The notes beneath the pieces are model-generated. The model saw only the letters and a program-made list of their open reading frames with translations. It was not told the origin of the DNA and did not search any database. From contig JAMDEO010000128.1 of NCBI GenBank assembly GCA_023483915.1, positions 1 to 58,540 on the forward strand: a stretch of 58,540 nucleotides of DNA, given 5' to 3'. Both the position numbers and the translations under genes were made by a program. Every line of letters begins with the position of its first letter. The first letter of the stretch is position 1. Of this stretch, positions 54,033 through 58,540 are shown piece after piece. Origin of the DNA: Actinomycetota bacterium. GTDB taxonomy: Bacteria; Actinomycetota; Thermoleophilia; RBG-16-64-13.

Positions 54033-54848
54033 ATGCCACTTGAGGGAAAGGTCGCCCTGGTAACAGGCGGGGGAACCGGCATAGGTACCGCCATCACCGA
54101 GAGACTGGTGGCGGATGGGGCGAAGGTTTGCATTACTGGAAGACGCCAGGAGCTGCTCGACGAAGTGGCCGGGTCATTGGCGGCCGGTTGCGTTATGCCT
54201 TGCGCCGGCGATGTCTGCAAGGACGAGGATGCGAAGCGCATGGTGGAAGCCGCCCTCGCCATCAATGGACGAATCGACATCTTGGTAAACAACGCGGGCA
54301 TCGAGGCCGCGGGTACCGTGATCCAGATGGATTCTTCGGTTTGGCGGCAGGAGCTGGAAATCAATCTTACGGGACCATTCCTCATGATGAAGGAAGCTCT
54401 TCCCTACATGATAGAAGCCGGAGGCGGCTGCATCGTCAACATCTCGTCATTGGCCGGCGTGCGCTGCGTGCCCGGCTCGCCGGCGTATTGTGCTACAAAG
54501 GCCGGCCTTATCCATTTGACTAAGCAGGTTGCCCTCGACTATGGCAAGGACAAGATCCGCTGCAACGTCATCTGCCCGGGCCCCATCAAGACCAGAATGC
54601 TGGACAGCGTGCTCACTCCGATGGCGGACGCTCTCAACACCGACCTCGACGATGTTTACGGGCGCATGCCCAAGAACGTTCCTCTGCGCCGAGTGGCCAT
54701 GCCCTCCGAGGTTGCAGGGGTCGTCGCATTCTTGGCCGGCGATGACTCCTCGTTCGTGACTGGGACGACGATCATGGTCGACGGCGGAACCCACATCGTC
54801 GATGCGTTCGCCTCGACCGTAAGCGATTTCGGGGTTAACTGGGGTTAG
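54033..54848 (+). CDS. SDR family NAD(P)-dependent oxidoreductase
   Basis: KVALVTGGGTGIGTAI, NNAG, S...YCATK catalytic pattern, PGPIKT. Confidence 0.9.
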   Translation: MPLEGKVALVTGGGTGIGTAITERLVADGAKVCITGRRQELLDEVAGSLAAGCVMPCAGDVCKDEDAKRMVEAALAINGRIDILVNNAGIEAAGTVIQMDSSVWRQELEINLTGPFLMMKEALPYMIEAGGGCIVNISSLAGVRCVPGSPAYCATKAGLIHLTKQVALDYGKDKIRCNVICPGPIKTRMLDSVLTPMADALNTDLDDVYGRMPKNVPLRRVAMPSEVAGVVAFLAGDDSSFVTGTTIMVDGGTHIVDAFASTVSDFGVNWG

Positions 54849-54889
54849 GAGGCTGGTAGGACGGTGGACCATCCGGGAAAGGAGTTGAA

Positions 54890-55666
54890 TTGACCAGGTT
54901 GTCGGGCAAAGTTGCGGTGATTACCGGGGCAGCATCAGGCATCGGTCTGGCGGCGACCAAGCTGTTCGTAGAAGAAGGCGCGAGCGTTCTTGCCCTCGAT
55001 GTTGGGGCTGAGGCGCTCCAAGCCGCGTTGGCGGACGTGGGCACAAGAGTCACTCCGTTCGTAGTAGACGTAACAGACGAAGCCCAGATGCGCCAGGCGA
55101 TGGCCAAGGCCGCTGAGACGTACGGGGGCATCGACATCGCGATTCCCAACGCCGGCATCTTCGGCGTGCAGGCTCCCATCCTCAACGCAGCTATCGACAA
55201 CTTCGACCGAGTCATGCGCGTCAACGTGACGGGTGTCCTCATCACGATCAAGTGCGCGGCTTCTCACATCATCGAGCGCGGCGGCGGCTGCATCGTCATT
55301 ACATCATCCGTTGGAGCCATCATCGGTAATCCGGAGGCTGTCGCCTACACCGCGAGCAAACACGCTCTTACCGGGATCATGAAAGTGGCGGCGCGGGAAC
55401 TGGCTCCCCACAACATCCGTGTCAACACGGTCAACCCGGGTCTCGTCGATACGCCGATGATGCGGATCGTCGAGAAAGAGGTAGGGCTCGGAGATCCTAT
55501 GAAGGGTCGGGAGATGCTTCAGAAGGCGACTTTCCTCCACCGCTTCGTGCGGCCCGAGGAAGTTGCGGAGCTCATGGTGTTTCTCGCTTCGGATGCGGCG
55601 ATCAATTGTACGGGAGGCATGTACATGATCGACGGCGGGATGCAGTATGGGGGAGGCGCGGAGTAG
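54890..55666 (+). CDS. SDR family NAD(P)-dependent oxidoreductase
   Basis: TTG start 5 nt after ggaaaggag. KVAVITGAASGIGLAA, PNAG, YTASK, NPGLVDTPM. Confidence 0.9.
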   Translation: MTRLSGKVAVITGAASGIGLAATKLFVEEGASVLALDVGAEALQAALADVGTRVTPFVVDVTDEAQMRQAMAKAAETYGGIDIAIPNAGIFGVQAPILNAAIDNFDRVMRVNVTGVLITIKCAASHIIERGGGCIVITSSVGAIIGNPEAVAYTASKHALTGIMKVAARELAPHNIRVNTVNPGLVDTPMMRIVEKEVGLGDPMKGREMLQKATFLHRFVRPEEVAELMVFLASDAAINCTGGMYMIDGGMQYGGGAE

Positions 55667-55702
55667 TGGGCGCGCCACCGTGTCCGGCTTGTGCCGGCAA
55701 GA

Positions 55703-56362
55703 TCACGTAAGAGTGGACTCCGGGGAGAAAGCCCTCCTCTCGAGGTGGCCCGGGGCAGCTATGTCACTCAGGATCAGGTCGAGCATGCGCAGGTGCGAGG
55801 AAGGGGAGAAGGTGCCATCGCGCAGATCGGTGAGGCAGTGGATGTCTTCTGCAAGGAACCATCCCACGAACTCATGAGTGAAGAGCCAAGGATCCACATC
55901 GGCGCGGATGCTGCCTTCAGCGACTCCTTCCTGTGCTAGGGAGGCGATCTTCTCTTTCATGCGGTTGTTGTTTTCGGCCACATGGTGGTGGAGAGGATCA
56001 TCACTTCGGCTCATCGTGAGAAACTGCATATACGGTGCGGTATACATGTCCAAGTCGGAGGACAGCATCTCCAGATGTCGCTCGCCTATCTCCAATAGAC
56101 GATTGATGATAGATGGGTTGGTCGAGGAATCCAGCCATTCGAGGATCCTACCCAGCAGGTAGGAGCTGGCCTCCATCAGCATCTCTTCCTTGCTGGAGAA
56201 ATGCCTATACGCGGCCATCTCGGAAAGGCCAACCTCCGCCGAGATCTTTGAAACAGTTGTGCCGTCGAGCCCACGACTGCCGATCAGCCGAACGGCGGCT
56301 TCGATCAGTTGCTGCCGCCGCTGGTCACGGCTCAATCGTCGGCGTTTGGCAACTATCTCCAT
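55703..56362 (-). CDS. TetR/AcrR family transcriptional regulator
   Basis: ORF 55703..56494, with the start moved to ATG 56362 (RBS aagggagagg). QRRQQLIEAAVRLIGSRGLDGTTVSKISAEVGLSEMAAYRHFSSKEEML is the HTH. Divergent from the E1 alpha gene. Confidence 0.88.
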   Translation of the reverse strand: MEIVAKRRRLSRDQRRQQLIEAAVRLIGSRGLDGTTVSKISAEVGLSEMAAYRHFSSKEEMLMEASSYLLGRILEWLDSSTNPSIINRLLEIGERHLEMLSSDLDMYTAPYMQFLTMSRSDDPLHHHVAENNNRMKEKIASLAQEGVAEGSIRADVDPWLFTHEFVGWFLAEDIHCLTDLRDGTFSPSSHLRMLDLILSDIAAPGHLERRAFSPESTLT

Positions 56363-56547
56363 TCCTCTCCCTTGAGTTCGGGCGCGGCCGCTCCGCCCGC
56401 GGATCATAACCCTGGGGGCCGAACTCGTCAGCCCACGGCGGCGAGTTAAGTAAGTCTGGACACACATACTAAGGTATTGTAGACTGCAGCGCAAGGTTGG
56501 GCTTCAATCTGAGCAGTTCGTGAGTTGCCGGCGGGGGAGGGCTTGCA

Positions 56548-57531
56548 ATGGCAGGAGCCAAGAAGGCGAGCAAGGCGGTGGATAGGCAGACTCTGCTCGA
56601 TCTCTACCGCACGATGGTGCGTATCCGAACATTCGAGGAGACCGCGCACAAAGAGTTTCTCAAGGGCGAGATGCCCGGCTTTCTCCACCTCTACAGCGGT
56701 GAGGAGGCCGTTGCCGTAGGCGTCATGTCGGTACTTCAACCGGACGACTACATAAGCAGCCATCACCGTGGCCACGGCCATCTCATCGCCAAAGGGGCCG
56801 ACACCAAGCGCATGTTTGCCGAGCTTTTCGGCAAGGCGGATGGCTTCTGCCGCGGCAAGGGCGGTTCGATGCACATCGCCGACGTCTCACTCAACATCCT
56901 CGGCGCCAATGGCATAGTGGGGGCTTGTCAGCATATCGGGACAGGAGCCGCCTTCGCCTGCAAGCACAAGCACAAAGGCCGGATCGCTGTGACTTTCATG
57001 GGAGACGCCTCGACCAACCGCGGCACGTTTCATGAGGCCCTCAACATGGCGGCTATCTGGGATCTTCCGGCTGTGTACGTGGTCGAGAACAACCTCTACG
57101 GTGTCGCCAACTGCCAGCGGGATTACATGAAGGTCAGTGTGGCTGATCGCGCCGCCAGCTACGGTTTTCCCGGCGTGACTGTGGACGGCAACGACGTGGT
57201 GGCCGTACGAGAAGCTGCCCGTGAAGCCGTGGATAGGGCCCGCAACGGTGGTGGCCCAACCCTCCTGGACTGCCGGACCTGGCGGCATTGGGGCCACTTC
57301 ATCGGCGATGCCGCCACGTACCGGGATCCCGCCGAGCACCAGGCCTGGCTGGATCGTGACCCTCTCATCGTCACGGCCGAAGAGCTTCGCTCCAAGAAGT
57401 GGGCCTTGGATGCCGACTTTGACAGGATCCAGGCTGAGGCCGAGGCCGAGATGCAGGCGGCTCTCGAGTTCGGGAAGAAGAGTCCGTACCCGAATCTTGA
57501 CGAGCTGTACACCGGCGTTTTCACGGACTGA
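56548..57531 (+). CDS. TPP-dependent 2-oxoacid/acetoin dehydrogenase E1 component alpha subunit
   Basis: FLHLYSGEEAVAVGV, HRGHGH, GGSMH, and the GDASTNRGTFHEALNMAAIWDLPAVYVVENNLYG TPP motif. Confidence 0.9.
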   Translation: MAGAKKASKAVDRQTLLDLYRTMVRIRTFEETAHKEFLKGEMPGFLHLYSGEEAVAVGVMSVLQPDDYISSHHRGHGHLIAKGADTKRMFAELFGKADGFCRGKGGSMHIADVSLNILGANGIVGACQHIGTGAAFACKHKHKGRIAVTFMGDASTNRGTFHEALNMAAIWDLPAVYVVENNLYGVANCQRDYMKVSVADRAASYGFPGVTVDGNDVVAVREAAREAVDRARNGGGPTLLDCRTWRHWGHFIGDAATYRDPAEHQAWLDRDPLIVTAEELRSKKWALDADFDRIQAEAEAEMQAALEFGKKSPYPNLDELYTGVFTD

Positions 57532-57561
57532 CCACGCGCCCGACAGTAGGAGGGTAGGAAT

Positions 57562-58540
57562 ATGGGCATTGTAACTATGAACTACGCCGAGGCGGTGGCC
57601 GACGCGCTTAAGATCGAGATGCGGCGCGATCCGGATGTGTACATATACGGCGAGGACGTGGGGAAGTTCGGCGGCAGCTTCGGTGTTACCGGCTATGGGG
57701 TCTTCGCGGAATTCCCCGACCGGGTGCTCGACACCCCGATCTCGGAGACCGCCATCGTCGGTACCGCGGTAGGCGCGGCGGCTGCGGGGTTGCGGCCTTG
57801 TGTCGAGATACTCTTCATGGACTTTCTCCCTATCTGCATGGACGAGCTGACCAATCAGGCAGCCAAGTTCCACTACATGTTCGGCGGACAGATGAAATGC
57901 CCCCTGGTTGTGCGCACCGCTCTCGGCGCCGGTATGGGCACCGCCGCGCACCACTCTCAGTCGATCGAGGCGATGCGCCGACACACAGCCGGCCTCAAAG
58001 TCGTCATCCCGGCCACACCCTACGACGTCAAGGGTCTCCTCATCTCTGCCATCCGCGATGACAACCCCGTCGTCTTTCTGGAGCACAAGATGCTCTACGC
58101 GATGAAAGGGGAGGTCCCGGAGGGCGAATACACCATTCCCATAGGTGAGGCCGATATCAAACGCGGGGGCTCGGACGTCACGCTGGTGTGCTACTCGGCC
58201 ATGGTGCGCGAATGCCTGGCCGCTGCAGAAACGCTGGAGAAAGAGGGGATAAGCGCGGAAGTGCTGGATCTCCGCACCCTTATTCCCCTCGACAAAGAGG
58301 CCATCTTCGCCTCTGTGGCCAAGACCCACCGGCTGGTCATCGTGCACGAGGCGTGCCTTACCGGCGGCTTCGGTGGGGAGATCGCGGCGATAATGGCGAG
58401 CGAAGGCTTCGACCTGCTCGATGCCCCCGTAGTGCGGGTGGCCGGCCCGGACACCCCGGTTCCCTTCTCGCCCGTGCTCGAGGCCGAGTGGATAGTGAGG
58501 GCACCCAAGATCGCTGCGGCTGTGCGCGAACTCCTGGCCT
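57562..58540 (+). CDS. TPP-dependent 2-oxoacid/acetoin dehydrogenase E1 component beta subunit (partial, runs off the right edge)
   Basis: Own translation from ATG 57562 (RBS aggaggg): MGIVTMNYAEAVADALKIEMRRDPDVYIYGEDVGKFGG...DTPISETAIVGTAVGAAAAGLRPCVEI...HSQS...VVFLEHK...LRTLIPLDKEAI. The frame is open to the window end. It is not in the ORF track because no stop is present. Confidence 0.9.
   Translation, partial: MGIVTMNYAEAVADALKIEMRRDPDVYIYGEDVGKFGGSFGVTGYGVFAEFPDRVLDTPISETAIVGTAVGAAAAGLRPCVEILFMDFLPICMDELTNQAAKFHYMFGGQMKCPLVVRTALGAGMGTAAHHSQSIEAMRRHTAGLKVVIPATPYDVKGLLISAIRDDNPVVFLEHKMLYAMKGEVPEGEYTIPIGEADIKRGGSDVTLVCYSAMVRECLAAAETLEKEGISAEVLDLRTLIPLDKEAIFASVAKTHRLVIVHEACLTGGFGGEIAAIMASEGFDLLDAPVVRVAGPDTPVPFSPVLEAEWIVRAPKIAAAVRELLA

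Noticed and set aside
56887-58347. 486-aa ORF on the minus strand
   Set aside because: It is entirely antisense to the clearly recognisable E1 alpha and beta genes. Its Arg/Gly/His-rich composition is typical of shadow ORFs in GC-rich DNA, and it has no family motif.
1-58540. Search for tRNA, rRNA, CRISPR arrays, IS elements, integrases, prophage or toxin-antitoxin and defence modules
   Set aside because: None found. Intergenic spacers are short (mostly under 250 nt), there are no spaced repeat arrays, and no ORF has transposase, integrase, recombinase or nuclease-helicase defence signatures.

Overview
This is a GC-rich (by eye about 60-65% G+C), densely coding 58.5-kb chromosomal segment with about 56 protein-coding genes. 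I found no rRNA, tRNA, CRISPR array, transposase or integrase on either strand.

Gene content suggests a high-GC, probably anaerobic or facultative bacterium. Actinomycetota-like traits include Ku/LigD end joining, a SHOCT + DUF6458 gene pair, a CbiM-PDGLE fusion, a leaderless Fur-family gene and Thr/Ser-rich lipoprotein linkers. An SLH-domain wall hydrolase is also present, so the phylum call is tentative.

Genes from left to right:
- A partial pyrogallol-hydroxytransferase-like molybdoenzyme, missed by the ORF track because it runs off the left edge, followed by PhzF and two methyltransferase-fold proteins.
- Two decayed or frameshifted genes (YihY and a CHRD protein), an esterase, a hybrid PAS histidine kinase, and MsrB.
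- A ku-ligD operon, a GH3 hydrolase, a VOC protein, LarA, an intradiol dioxygenase, and a GMC oxidoreductase with a C_GCAxxG protein.
- A branched-chain-type solute-binding protein and a GNAT acetyltransferase.
- The standout locus at 25.1-32.6 kb. It is a translationally coupled six-gene operon in which the gamma, delta and alpha subunits of a 2-oxoacid:ferredoxin oxidoreductase are followed by HydC/NuoE-like and HydB/NuoF-like NADH-flavoprotein subunits. The last gene encodes an 898-aa chimera: NuoG/HydA-type Fe-S domains, then a GltD-like FAD module that lacks its NAD(P)H subdomain, then the TPP-binding POR beta subunit. I infer an NAD(H)-coupled, possibly electron-bifurcating or confurcating, 2-oxoacid oxidoreductase.
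- Downstream: an unassignable 284-aa protein, an MBL hydrolase, a cupin-like paralogue, a GntR regulator with a perfect 21-bp tandem duplication over its start codon, and Hsp20.
- A Nur-like Fur regulator with a Nur-box promoter in front of a cbiMQO nickel/cobalt ECF transporter, then LarE.
- A sugar ABC transporter operon, wall hydrolases, two SDRs, a TetR regulator, and the E1 alpha/beta subunits of a TPP-dependent dehydrogenase (beta is partial at the right edge).

Three genes show frame problems. At least one break sits in a homopolymer run, so assembly indels must be ruled out before calling decay.
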